A stretch of DNA of 36,236 nt. It comes from Niastella sp. (GTDB lineage: Bacteria > Bacteroidota > Bacteroidia > Chitinophagales > Chitinophagaceae). The notes below the pieces were generated by a model, which saw only the letters and a program-made list of their open reading frames with translations, ran no database searches and was not told the origin of the DNA. Positions 25,648 through 35,741 of this stretch are shown here, piece after piece. Position 1 is the first letter of the stretch. The number at the start of each line of letters is the position of its first letter. The DNA lies in NCBI GenBank assembly GCA_036379015.1, contig DASUVL010000734.1, forward strand, positions 1 through 36,236. Reading direction: 5' to 3'. A program made the position numbers and the translations under genes.

Positions 25648-26982
25648 ATGAGAACCAAAAGCTGTTCTTTCCTTATTCTAATGCTTACAGCGTGCGTAAC
25701 GCACGCGCAGGTCGCCATCAATGCCACCGGCGCCAATCCCGACAATTCAGCCATGCTCGACGTTACCAGCACTACAAAAGGTATGCTGATCCCGCGTATG
25801 AGTACAGCTCAACGTACTTCCATTGTTTCACCCGCCGCCGGTTTGCTGGTATACGACAATACATTATCTCTTTTTTATTATCATACCGGTTCTGTATGGG
25901 CGCCCCTTGCCACATCAGTCTGGAATACTGCGGGCAATAACGGCACCGTATCAGGAACCCATTTTATTGGCACCACCGATAATCAGCATTTGGATATCAG
26001 GACCAATAATATTGTGCATACCCGTATCCGCACTAACGGCCAGATAGAGGTGTTGAACACCGGCAATTCTGTTTACCTGGGTGAAAATGCCGGCCTCAAT
26101 GACGACCTTACCAATAATACGAACGTAGGTGTGGGTTACAATACACTGGCCAATGTGGTTTCCGGCAACAGTAATACAGCCGTAGGTTACCAGGCTTTGC
26201 GGAATACGACAAGTAGAGAAAATACCGGAATAGGATATCAGGCGTTGATGGCCAATACTACGGGTGAAGCCAATACGGCCCTGGGACAGAATGCACTGCT
26301 GAACAACACCACAGGTAGCTATAATACAGCCGTTGGCGCACAGGCATTGAGTGGCAGTAACACGGGTAACAGTAACATTGGGATTGGGTCGGGTGCTTTA
26401 TCAGGCAATACGTCCGGTCTTGAAAATATCGGGGTAGGCCCTAACACCCTGACCGGTAATACATCGGGCAACTACAATATAGGCATTGGTTCCGGCGCAT
26501 TGGCCACTAATGTCACCGGTATTAACAATATCGCCATTGGCCATTTGGCCGATGTTACCACGGGCAATCTTACCAACGCAATAGCTATCGGCTATAATGC
26601 CAAAGTAGCACAAAGCAATAGCCTGGTACTTGGCGGAACCGGCGCCGATGCCGTGAAGGTAGGTATCGCAAATCCTACGCCCCTGTCGACTGTTGATATA
26701 AACGGCACGCTGGGTATAAAAGTAAAAAGCGGCCAGACTGCAGGCACTAATAATCCCGATAATACAGCCAGCATCTGGTTATATTCAACCGGAGCAGGAA
26801 CTATTACATTGCCAGCGGCCGCTACCTGCACCAACCGGCTATACGTTATTGTGAACCAAACAGGCGCCGTTCGAAATATTTCTTCCTACTTAAGCCTGAC
26901 GGGCGCTGCACAAACCACGTTGGCAAACGCCACTTCCATTACTATTATGTCAAACGGCACCAACTGGCTTCAGACCCAGTAA
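25648..26982 (+). CDS. secreted fibre/adhesin-like protein with NTAxG..AL..N repeats (paralog 1, 444 aa)
   Basis: Signal ending HAQ; SAMLDVTST.KG.LIPRM N-module; 14-aa-period NT(A/G)(V/I)G repeats; ITLPAA..C..R.Y.I.N...SNGTNW C-module. Confidence 0.8.
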   Translation: MRTKSCSFLILMLTACVTHAQVAINATGANPDNSAMLDVTSTTKGMLIPRMSTAQRTSIVSPAAGLLVYDNTLSLFYYHTGSVWAPLATSVWNTAGNNGTVSGTHFIGTTDNQHLDIRTNNIVHTRIRTNGQIEVLNTGNSVYLGENAGLNDDLTNNTNVGVGYNTLANVVSGNSNTAVGYQALRNTTSRENTGIGYQALMANTTGEANTALGQNALLNNTTGSYNTAVGAQALSGSNTGNSNIGIGSGALSGNTSGLENIGVGPNTLTGNTSGNYNIGIGSGALATNVTGINNIAIGHLADVTTGNLTNAIAIGYNAKVAQSNSLVLGGTGADAVKVGIANPTPLSTVDINGTLGIKVKSGQTAGTNNPDNTASIWLYSTGAGTITLPAAATCTNRLYVIVNQTGAVRNISSYLSLTGAAQTTLANATSITIMSNGTNWLQTQ

Positions 26983-27009
26983 TTTATTTTTCCATTACAA
27001 TTGAGCATT

Positions 27010-28347
27010 ATGAAGAAGCAATTCCTGTTACTGGTATGCAGCAGTCTATATTTTATAACCGCAACAGCGCAGATTGTATTTTCGGCAGCAAATAATTTTA
27101 CGCAAACCGGGGGATATCTTGTACTGAGAGATATTAACCTGGTCAATAACGGTACATTCAATCCTGCCGGCGGAACCGTTCGCTTTAGCGGCGCAGCAAA
27201 CAATAGTATCAGCGGAGCCACGAACCCTGCATTTAATATTTTAGAGGTCAACAAGAACACGGGCAACCAGGTGAGCCTGCAGAACAATATTTCCATCAAT
27301 AGCTACATCAGTTTTTTATCGGGCCTTATTGCGTTATCGGGCAATAATGTTGTTTTGAACGGTACGGCCTACCTGAATAACGAAACTGAGGCCAGCCGCA
27401 TCACCGGTACTACCGGCGGTTATGTACAGGCTACGGTCACATTGAATGCACCGGCTGCGGCCAACCCGGGTAATCTGGGCGCTGTTATCAGCACGGCGCA
27501 AAATCCGGGCATCACCGTTATCAGGCGGGGGCACGTTTCTCAACAAAACACACTTGGCAACGGAAACAGTATTTATCGCTATTATGATATTTTACCTGCT
27601 ACCGTTCCCACCTCCTTCAACCTAAGGCTGAATTATTTGGATGCAGAATTGAATGGGCTGAATGAAGGGAGCCTGACCTTAGTGAAAAGGAATAACAACC
27701 TCGAATGGCATCAGCAAGGATTTACCAGCCGGAACACCACAACCAATTATGTAGAATACAATAGCATTACCAGTTATGATCAACGCTGGACGTTAACTAC
27801 CATAGACAATATACTGCCACTTGAACTGTTGTCGTTCGCCGCTAACTGTAAAAAAACGAATGCCGTTGAATTGAAATGGACTACAGCCGATGACATGAAC
27901 AGCGGCGCATTTGAAGTGCAGCGAAGCAATGATGGCATACAATGGCAAACCATTGACAATAGGCAGACCGGCAGCGGCAACCAGTATTCGTATACGGATC
28001 CGTTGCCCGGTAAAGGAACTATGTACCGGTTGAAAATGGTCGCGGAGGGCAACATCACCTATAGCGCTATAAGAACACCGGGTTGTGCATTGACAAGCGC
28101 CAATGCGCTTGTTTATCCAAGCCCTGCCACCAGTTACCTGCAGGTACAATTGAACAATATGCCCAATAAGGAACTGGTGCTCATGCTGTATTCAAACAGG
28201 GGCCAGTTGCTGCAAATAAAAAGTATCAGCATGACCGGAAGTTTTGAAACATTCACCCTGCCGTTGGCCGGGCTGCCTGCAGGCGCCTATCAATTATCCA
28301 TACAATCACCCGGATACAAAAAGACGGTTGCATTTGTAAAACAATAA
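27010..28347 (+). CDS. T9SS type A sorting domain protein
   Basis: Signal ending TAQ; LPLELLSF, FEVQRS.DG..W, VYPSPA, LPAGAYQL, AFVKQ. Confidence 0.88.
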   Translation: MKKQFLLLVCSSLYFITATAQIVFSAANNFTQTGGYLVLRDINLVNNGTFNPAGGTVRFSGAANNSISGATNPAFNILEVNKNTGNQVSLQNNISINSYISFLSGLIALSGNNVVLNGTAYLNNETEASRITGTTGGYVQATVTLNAPAAANPGNLGAVISTAQNPGITVIRRGHVSQQNTLGNGNSIYRYYDILPATVPTSFNLRLNYLDAELNGLNEGSLTLVKRNNNLEWHQQGFTSRNTTTNYVEYNSITSYDQRWTLTTIDNILPLELLSFAANCKKTNAVELKWTTADDMNSGAFEVQRSNDGIQWQTIDNRQTGSGNQYSYTDPLPGKGTMYRLKMVAEGNITYSAIRTPGCALTSANALVYPSPATSYLQVQLNNMPNKELVLMLYSNRGQLLQIKSISMTGSFETFTLPLAGLPAGAYQLSIQSPGYKKTVAFVKQ

Positions 28348-28379
28348 TCTTTATGGGAAACTCCAATACAGGGCACACT

Positions 28380-29714
28380 ATGAAAATAAGATACTGTTCG
28401 CTGATCGTATGCCTTTTTGCAGGGCTTCTTACGCATGCACAGGTTGCTTTCAATACTACAGGCGCCAGCCCCGACAACACGGCGATGCTGGATGTTACCA
28501 GCACTGCCAAAGGATTGCTGGTGCCGCGCATGACAACAGCAGCGCGTATAGCCATCACTTCACCCGCCACCGGCCTGCTGGTATATGACAATAGTTTATC
28601 ACTTTTTTATTATTATAACGGAACTGCGTGGGCGCCCATTGCCCCACTTGCTAACGGCTGGTCGGTCAATGGCAATAGCAGCACTGTGTCAGGCACCAAT
28701 TTCCTGGGAACCACCGATAACCAGGCGCTGGATATCAAAACCAGAAATATGCTGCATACCCGAATACGCACCAATGGACAAATAGAAATATTGAATACCG
28801 GCCAATCAGTTTTCCTGGGTGAATACGTTGGCACGCTGGACGATTTAAATAATCATTATCATGTAGGTATCGGTGCCTACATAATGACGCAAGCGACATC
28901 CGCTACAGGTATTACGTCAATAGGGTACGCTTCATCGCAGAATGCAAGGAATACAGCCGGCTACAACACCACCATCGGGAGCTCCGCCATGGGAAACCCC
29001 AATATCGATGGAAACTTCAATACTGCTATGGGGCGTATTGCTTTGTTAAATGAAGCAAGCGGTAATTACAATACGGCTTTGGGCGTATATGCCGCAGTGA
29101 GCAACACAACAGGCAATTACAATGTGAGTATTGGATATTATTCCATGTTTCAGAATACATCAGGAAGTGAAAATGTAGCAATAGGCTACAGTGCATTATA
29201 CGGTAGTACAGGAAATTACAATCTTGGTATCGGTTCCAATGCAAGGGCTTATACAGCCGATAACAGTATGGCCATCGGTCGTTTTTCCGATGTTACAGCC
29301 AATGGCAATGCCACTGCCATTGGGTATAGCGCGCAGGCGGCTCAAAACAATAGCCTGGTGCTGGGGAACGGAACGGGCAGTAATGCAGTGAAGACCGGCG
29401 TTGGCACTACTACACCTTTATCGACCCTCGACATAACTGGCACTGCCGGCATGACCATAAAAAGCGGTCAGGTTGCCGGCACTAATAACCCCGATAATAC
29501 AGCAAGCGTTTGGTTGTATACTTCCGGTACGGGAACTATCACCTTGCCAGCTGCTACTGACTGTGCGAACCGTATATACATTATTGTGAACCAAACCGGG
29601 GCCACCGTAAACATATCGTCTTATAATAACCTGGCCGGAACTGCCCAAACTACGCAGACTACAGGTTCCATGATGATCGTTTCAAATGGTACTAACTGGT
29701 TGCGGGTCCGTTAA
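28380..29714 (+). CDS. secreted fibre/adhesin-like protein (paralog 2, 444 aa)
   Basis: Colinear with 25648..26982; start moved to MKIRY at 28380. Confidence 0.8.
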   Translation: MKIRYCSLIVCLFAGLLTHAQVAFNTTGASPDNTAMLDVTSTAKGLLVPRMTTAARIAITSPATGLLVYDNSLSLFYYYNGTAWAPIAPLANGWSVNGNSSTVSGTNFLGTTDNQALDIKTRNMLHTRIRTNGQIEILNTGQSVFLGEYVGTLDDLNNHYHVGIGAYIMTQATSATGITSIGYASSQNARNTAGYNTTIGSSAMGNPNIDGNFNTAMGRIALLNEASGNYNTALGVYAAVSNTTGNYNVSIGYYSMFQNTSGSENVAIGYSALYGSTGNYNLGIGSNARAYTADNSMAIGRFSDVTANGNATAIGYSAQAAQNNSLVLGNGTGSNAVKTGVGTTTPLSTLDITGTAGMTIKSGQVAGTNNPDNTASVWLYTSGTGTITLPAATDCANRIYIIVNQTGATVNISSYNNLAGTAQTTQTTGSMMIVSNGTNWLRVR

Positions 29715-29748
29715 CCGGGGGACTTATTTCACAGCGTAGGGGCGTAAA

Positions 29749-29768
29749 GAGTCCCCTCCCGGGCACCA
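29749..29768 (+). other. tRNA-Leu-like 3'-end fragment, possible att remnant
   Basis: GAGTCCCCTCCCGGGCACCA reads as T-loop end, T-stem CCCCT, acceptor CCCGGGC, discriminator A, CCA; no 5' half. Confidence 0.55.
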
Positions 29769-29775
29769 AAAAAGA

Positions 29776-29809
29776 AAAGGCTTTAAGTTGTTGAACTTAA
29801 AGCTTTTTT
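29776..29809 (+). terminator. intrinsic terminator
   Basis: gctttaagtt gttg aacttaaagc followed by tttttt. Confidence 0.8.
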
Positions 29810-30394
29810 ATTTCTGACTAACTTCATTTTTTTAAACTAATATTTAAATCATTATACAGGAATAGTTTTTAGGTTCGATTTCTGACGCCGGTATCGAGGG
29901 TAATGTCTGCTGAAACAGAAAGTCACAATGTCCAGCCATGCAATTACTAATGCCAACTACGGTCGTCGATTATTGAGAGAGCCGCTACAATTTTCCATTT
30001 AATTGTGTCATCAACTTCGTATTCAAATTTCCGGTTGTCGTCTGTACGATTTATAATTATAGTTATAGGCTTCCAACTCGTAAAACTTTCAAAACCTGTT
30101 AACCATGTATTGGCACTTACATGTATGCTAGAAATCAGGCTTACAATTAGTACCAGGCTAAATAAACAAAAGCCAGGCAGATTCCAGCTATTTTTGGAGT
30201 CGAAAAATAAAACGTGGGTGGTGACTATTTTAGGAATCTTTCTACTGGCATACGCCTTTTTCCTTTTTGTATATTATCTGGCCAAGTCAGCATAATTGGC
30301 TATGGCAAAGCGTATCGCTAAAAGTGTGAAATCAGTAATTTTATTTTGAATACAAGATGATATGGAACACAATATTTACCGATCTTTTTAAGAT

Positions 30395-30583
30395 ATGGAG
30401 GGGCTAAAAAACTCACCACAGAAATGACCAAAGATGAACTTGACCAGGTATCGGCTTCCATTTTAAAACGGGCTAAAGAAAAAGGCTTTTTCTAGAGGTC
30501 GGCCCATTATTTTTGGTGAAGGCGGTAAGGTTTATGCGGATTGGCCAGACGGGCGAGTTGAAGAAATTAAAACTGACGACTAG
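30395..30583 (+). pseudogene. frameshifted small protein (reconstructed MEGLKKLTTEMTKDELDQVSASILKRAKEKAFSRGRPIIFGEGGKVYADWPDGRVEEIKTDD)
   Basis: Needs one A added in the A6 run near 30406 and one A removed in the A5 run near 30479; resembles small proteins found beside zeta-toxin-like ATPases. Confidence 0.45.
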
Positions 30584-30725
30584 TTAGGCCTATCTTATAA
30601 TAGCTAAAGAGACCCGGATCGCCGGGCTTCTTACTGTTAATGCTCAGGCATATAGCAAAAAATAAGTAGGCTCCTTGTACTGAGATTACTAGTTTGATGA
30701 AATAACCGAAGATGTTTTCTGCCTT

Positions 30726-31358
30726 TTATTCAAACAAACTTATCAATTCTTTGTTATTTGAATCTTTTGCCAATCTACTTCCCATTGTCCAAATTTCAGT
30801 CTCCCACTTTTTCCAATCAGCTGTATTCGGGTTGTTAGCCTGAATGAATGTATTTATATTTGATGCAATGATTCGCACATTATAACTTACACCGTCCAAC
30901 GTAATTCCTTTGTTAGCGTCAAACAGATTTAAGTTGAAATGTCTGATTATGTCCTGAGAGGTATCTGGCAAAATTTCAGAATAAAAGCTTCCTATTCCGT
31001 TGTTATTCGAAATGAAAACACCCTGAATAAGCTCTTCTTTGTTTGAGTGTTCACGAAATATGTTTTCGTTAAACTTAATTGCAAAAACACCACCCCAACC
31101 AACAAATGAACGTGAAATTTGAACCACCCATATATACTCTATTGACTTTTCGTTTTCTCGCCAACCATTTTTGTCTCTAATCACTTGAATACCACTTTTA
31201 AGTTCTGTTAGCCCGAGATTTGTTGCAAGCGATCTTTCTAGCTGTTGAAAATACTCAATGCTATTGAAGAAAATGTCAATATTGTCAATTTGTCGTTTCA
31301 TACTGTTTTTCATATTAGGCATAATTTTTTACGTAGCGAGGTTATTTAGTTGATCCAT
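30726..31358 (-). pseudogene. hypothetical protein with an in-frame TAA near the N-terminus (or an intact shorter CDS from 31322/31313)
   Basis: ATG at 31358 gives MDQLNNLAT*KI in frame with ORF 30726..31322. Confidence 0.55.
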
Positions 31359-31409
31359 AATGTTGCGGCTAACGTTAAAGCAAAGGCCAATGCAATGTTA
31401 GTTTTTTAA

Positions 31410-32313
31410 TTACTCTACTTCTACTTTGTATATCAATTCTAGTCCGCCGTCCAAAAAAAGTTCGATATCAAAAGGTCTTTCAAATTCCATAAACCAACTG
31501 TCTTTCTTATTACTTTCACAGATGTGTTTAGTGATTTTTCCTATAATAGCCATTAGTATGACTTTGATGTTTTTGTTATGCTTATTAAAGTTTGGAAATA
31601 TGTATTCCATACTCTATGTCTTGCTTTCGAATTGTCCGGCAGTTGGTTTATACTTGACATTTCGAGCATTTCTTTTTTCAGAAGCATATTCAACTGTAGC
31701 TGCTGCTTCATTTAGGTCGGAATGAAACAGGATTTTGATTTTGTTAATAACCTCAGGCTCTCTAAGAAAGATTATTCCACCTGCAAATGTATTGTGAACA
31801 AGCCACCTGCCTTTTTCATGATAAAAGTGGTCTATGTCGTGACGTAACATAACTTTCTCGTTCTCCGCCAGATTATTGGAACCTATTTTATACAATGCGT
31901 CTAATGCGTCCAGCAATTCATTCCCTCTTCCAGGAAATTCAATCTGATTTATTTTATCGATTAATGTTAGCATGTAAAAATTATCTATGAAGTTCGGATT
32001 ATCGTTATTATACGCTATTTTCAACTATGTCGCCGTTTTCTAGTGTGTCAATTATTGGGGGCAGCGGAACTTCGGGCTGTAGGTTTTTAATGAAATAACC
32101 TGTCCAATGTGAATTTTCCTGAATCAGGTAGAAGGCAGCATGTCCTTCACATGTCTTGTAAATTATGGTGATTTTCGGATTGATCCTGGCTGCAATAGAA
32201 TCTTCCACTTCTTTAAAACTTTTATAAGATTGATATACTTTATTGGTATTTATTGTTTGCGCAAAGGCAGATTGAATGCTAAAAATAAAGACAAAAATAT
32301 GTATTGCTCTCAT
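31410..32313 (-). pseudogene. secreted hypothetical protein split into three ORFs
   Basis: Signal MRAIHIFVFIFSIQSAFAQ. Removing one A in GTTGAAAATAGCG joins 32008..32313 to 31614..32024; its TAG is followed by AGT ATG in frame with 31410..31610. Confidence 0.6.
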
Positions 32314-32333
32314 AGGGTTGTTTCTTCTAATAC

Positions 32334-32924
32334 TTACCGGCTAAACTGGTTTAATTCCCGAAGAAGAGGAAGCTGTCCGTCAAAATAATCTGTTGATAAC
32401 ACTTGTTCTTTTTTATTGGCCTGAAAAGTTCTTTGAGGGCCATCTAATTGTCCCAACATCTTGGCTATCTCTTCTGCCTGCCAGCTCTCAGTTTCTCTCT
32501 GCTTGCTCTGAAATGTATTCCAATTGGCCTCGTGCAAACTGAAAAAATTTGTGCCATTTTGTTTATCTAAGTATAATACCGCTTCCAACACATACTTTTG
32601 ATCAAAATAAAGGGAAGGCTGGGTTAAATAATAATCTAAATATTTATTCAGGTATTGGGTGCATTGGTCATCATTAAAAAATGCAAGTGTCAGTGCATAA
32701 ATATGCCCAGCGTAACAGACTTCACTTTTCAGCAAATGTGTTCCTATTATTTCAATTAGCTCTCGGTAACCTTTTATGGCGGCGAGGTAAGCGCCGACCT
32801 TGCGGGTGCGCCAGTTGAAATCGCCTAATAATAAAAGGCAAATGTCTGTTGTAATTTCAGGTTTGGCTTGTTTGATGGCATCAATCCATGTTGAATTGCC
32901 ATAAGCGCCAATTTCCATGTACAA
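32334..32924 (-). CDS. DUF6000-like protein, probably 5'-truncated
   Basis: LLL.D.NWRTRKVGAY.AAI, LLKSEVCYAG, YL..YLDYYL..P.LYFDQ; only a TTG or internal ATG start is available. Confidence 0.7.
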   Translation of the reverse strand: MYMEIGAYGNSTWIDAIKQAKPEITTDICLLLLGDFNWRTRKVGAYLAAIKGYRELIEIIGTHLLKSEVCYAGHIYALTLAFFNDDQCTQYLNKYLDYYLTQPSLYFDQKYVLEAVLYLDKQNGTNFFSLHEANWNTFQSKQRETESWQAEEIAKMLGQLDGPQRTFQANKKEQVLSTDYFDGQLPLLRELNQFSR

Positions 32925-33209
32925 TAGAAAAAGACTTGCAGGCTATTGCCTGATGGTGAAGTGCATACAAGGCATAAAAAAAGAGGCTACCATTTCTAAT
33001 AGCCTTTTTACTGTTTCTTGATGATAATCAATTATTTAAATAATTCTGCCTATCCCTGCAATCCGATCAGGAAGTATATTTGTTGACTTTTTTAAGGCAA
33101 ACATCAGGATGCTTAAAAGAAGTTTCTAAGTTGTAGAGCAACTCTTTATTCAACTGCTCGACAGCTATCAACTCCTAAAATTGTTTTAAGTCAATACTTT
33201 GTTTAAACC

Positions 33210-33230
33210 CCAAATTCTCGGAGAATTTGG
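33210..33230. promoter_or_regulatory. perfect 21-bp palindrome upstream of the KilA-N gene
   Basis: ccaaattctc g gagaatttgg, 16 bp before the ATG. Confidence 0.6.
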
Positions 33231-33246
33231 AAAATAAATCAGAACT

Positions 33247-34056
33247 ATGGGCAAGAAGTTGAAGATAAATGAGTCGGAAATCGGAATCCTACCCATGCAA
33301 AATGATGACTATATTTCCTTGACAGATATGGCCAGAAGTCAAATGCAGGAAGCCATCATTATCAAATGGCTTAGCCTGAAAAGTACCATAGAGTATTTGG
33401 GTGAATGGGAGGCCCTTTACAATCCGGATTTTAATTATACCGAATTCGGTACAATTAAAAATTCTGCAGGTAGCAACAGCTTTGTACTATCTGTAAAACA
33501 ATGGATTGAACAAACCGGGGCTGTCGGTATCAATGCCAAAGCAGGTCGTTATGGAGGTACATATGCCAATAAAGATATAGCCTTCCACTTTGGTATGTGG
33601 ATTAGCCCCAGATTTCAACTGCTGCTTATAAAGGAGTATCAACGCCTTAAATCCGAAGAAAACGACCGCCTTAAACTGGAATGGAACCTGCAACGTACCC
33701 TGGCCAAAGTGAATTACCGCATCCATACCGATGCAATTAAAGAAAATTTGATTCCGCCAACCCTCTCAAAAGATAAAATCAATTTCGTATATGCCGATGA
33801 AGCGGATATGCTGAATATGGCACTGTTCGGAATGACTGCCAAACAATGGCGTGAAGTAAATTCAAAGGCAACTGGTAACATTCGGGATGCTGCCACTATT
33901 GAACAATTAGTGGTATTGAGCAACCTGGAAAGTATCAATGCCGTGCTCATTAATCAGGGGCTTTCTCAACCGGAAAGGCTACAACAATTGAATAAAATCG
34001 CTATCACGCAAATGGAATCTTTGATAGGAAATAAACAATTAAAGAAGTTGAAATAA
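33247..34056 (+). CDS. KilA-N domain DNA-binding protein
   Basis: DYISLTDMA, TIEYLG.WE..YNP.F, GRYGGTYA.KDIAF.F..WISP.F.L.LIKEYQRLK, KVNYRIHTDAIK, YADEAD.LN.ALFG.TA..WR. Confidence 0.92.
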   Translation: MGKKLKINESEIGILPMQNDDYISLTDMARSQMQEAIIIKWLSLKSTIEYLGEWEALYNPDFNYTEFGTIKNSAGSNSFVLSVKQWIEQTGAVGINAKAGRYGGTYANKDIAFHFGMWISPRFQLLLIKEYQRLKSEENDRLKLEWNLQRTLAKVNYRIHTDAIKENLIPPTLSKDKINFVYADEADMLNMALFGMTAKQWREVNSKATGNIRDAATIEQLVVLSNLESINAVLINQGLSQPERLQQLNKIAITQMESLIGNKQLKKLK

Positions 34057-34298
34057 TGTCCGGCTTTCCCGACCTGTGATCGGGACGCTCTACTGAGCCA
34101 AGCCGAAGTATCAATTGAACTACAAGCATAAAAAAAGCTCCACATTTCTGTGAAGCTTTTTCGTGACCCCCTCGATACAATTTTCCAATAAATTTTTAGG
34201 AGACTTAACACGGCTCGCAAAGCTTGCGGTTTGATACCCAATGCTTTGCGGGCCTTTTTTATTTGTGGTATTTATTTATAAAACGAAAACCTGTGAGT

Positions 34299-35240
34299 AT
34301 GGAAAAATTAAATTGTGAGCAGGCCAAACGGCTCGACCTGGTCGAATATTTGGCGTTTTTAGGGTATCAGCCCCAAAAGATCAGAAACGAAGATTACTGG
34401 TATTTATCTCCATTTAGGGACGAAAAGACGGCATCGTTTAAAGTAAATCGGAAACATGGTGTATGGTACGATCACGGCATCGGCAAGGGTGGTGATTTGA
34501 TCGATTTCGGAACACTTTACCATAACTGTACCGTTAGCGAAATGCTGGAACGTATGTCGGGTTACCAGGTCCGCCCGGTTCTTTCTTTTCACCCGCCTAC
34601 TGTTCCCGACAATCTTTCGGGTGCCAAGTCCCGCTTTGCTGGTGAAAAAAAAGAGACTACAGACGGCAAAATTGTTGTGCTGGATACCCGTCCGCTGGCT
34701 GATAAAGAGCTTCTGGATTACCTGCAAAAAAGATGCACCCCTTTGGAAATTGCCGACCGTTTTTGTAAGGAAGTAGACTTCCTTTTATACGGCAAAAAGC
34801 ATACGGTGATCGGCTTTCAAAATAATGCAGGTGGTTACGAGTTACGGAGCGACAATTTCAAGGGTAGCAGTTCCCCCAAGGATGTAACATTTATTGATAA
34901 TCGAACAGACGATGTTGCGGTATTTGAAGGTCTTTTCAGCTTCCTTTCTTTTTGCACCGTCAATAAAAATTTAACAGCCCCACTGTCAAATTGCCTGGTA
35001 TTAAACTCCCTTTCTTTTTTTGAAAAGAGCCGCCCTTTAATGGAACAATACAAACAGGTTCATTTGATTTTAGACAGAGACAATGCCGGTATGAATTGCA
35101 CAAAGCAGGCTTTGCAATGGAATGCCGATAGGTATATAGATCGCAGTGACTTTTACCGGAATCACAAAGATTTAAATCAATGGCTTATACATCACCGGCA
35201 GAGCCAGGAACAAACACCAAGGATAGGTAGGAGCCTTTGA
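34299..35240 (+). CDS. mobile-element DNA primase-like protein (degenerate CHC2 zinc-finger-like plus TOPRIM)
   Basis: YLSPFRDEKTASFKV, WYDHG.GKGGDLIDF, IGF.N..GGYELR, VFEG, LDRD.AG, KDLNQWL. Confidence 0.88.
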   Translation: MEKLNCEQAKRLDLVEYLAFLGYQPQKIRNEDYWYLSPFRDEKTASFKVNRKHGVWYDHGIGKGGDLIDFGTLYHNCTVSEMLERMSGYQVRPVLSFHPPTVPDNLSGAKSRFAGEKKETTDGKIVVLDTRPLADKELLDYLQKRCTPLEIADRFCKEVDFLLYGKKHTVIGFQNNAGGYELRSDNFKGSSSPKDVTFIDNRTDDVAVFEGLFSFLSFCTVNKNLTAPLSNCLVLNSLSFFEKSRPLMEQYKQVHLILDRDNAGMNCTKQALQWNADRYIDRSDFYRNHKDLNQWLIHHRQSQEQTPRIGRSL

Positions 35241-35245
35241 GTTTT

Positions 35246-35336
35246 GGGTAGCCAGCTATATTTTGGTAATACCAAAATGTTGCCCGTTCATCCGCTGGGG
35301 CGGATTCACGGGATCTCATCCGCCTACCGGCGGATT
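35246..35336. promoter_or_regulatory. candidate oriT
   Basis: attttggta-a-taccaaaat inverted repeat followed by gttgccc and two atccgc/gcggat hairpins, directly upstream of mobC. Confidence 0.55.
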
Positions 35337-35360
35337 CAAAAAAACAAGGAGGAAAAGATT

Positions 35361-35741
35361 ATGGAGCAGAATGAAAACATCAGAAAAAAGAAAGGCGGTC
35401 GTCCTAAAAAGGCAATAAAAAAAGACCAGTTGCTGCCGGTAAAATGCGACAAGGAAGAAAGGAAAAAAATAGAAACCAGGGCCAAGTCAGTGAATCTTTC
35501 TGTATCTCAATACATGCGGGAAATATCGCTCAATGGTCATATTGACAGGCGGGAAATTGTATTTCCAAAAGAAGTTTTACAACTCGCCGGCACATTAAAT
35601 CACCTCGCTGCAAACCTGAATCAGATCGCAAAAAAGAGGAATGGAATTGAAGAATTAAATGCATTGGAAAGAGCCACTTTACAAATTCAATCCCGCGATT
35701 TGAAACGGCTTGCAGAGGATATAAAAAACTATTTGAAATGA
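35361..35741 (+). CDS. mobC: mobilization relaxosome protein MobC
   Basis: KKKGGRPKK, ribbon-helix-helix LSVSQYMR, ANLNQIAK. Confidence 0.88.
   Translation: MEQNENIRKKKGGRPKKAIKKDQLLPVKCDKEERKKIETRAKSVNLSVSQYMREISLNGHIDRREIVFPKEVLQLAGTLNHLAANLNQIAKKRNGIEELNALERATLQIQSRDLKRLAEDIKNYLK

Noticed and set aside
26100-26620. CRISPR-like or tandem DNA array
   Set aside because: Periodicity is at protein level (14-aa repeats) with degenerate codons; no identical repeat-spacer array or cas gene seen anywhere in the window.
29872-29895. ggttcgatt T-loop-like motif
   Set aside because: No T-stem pairing or acceptor/CCA end.
30005-30295. 96-aa ORF with a hydrophobic C-terminus
   Set aside because: GTG start, no recognisable family; may be a gene fragment but cannot be supported.
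34299-35240. Primase lacking zinc-finger cysteines as an inactivated gene
   Set aside because: The Cys-less SPFR/WYD.G variant is, from recall, common in Bacteroidota mobile-element primases, and the frame is intact.
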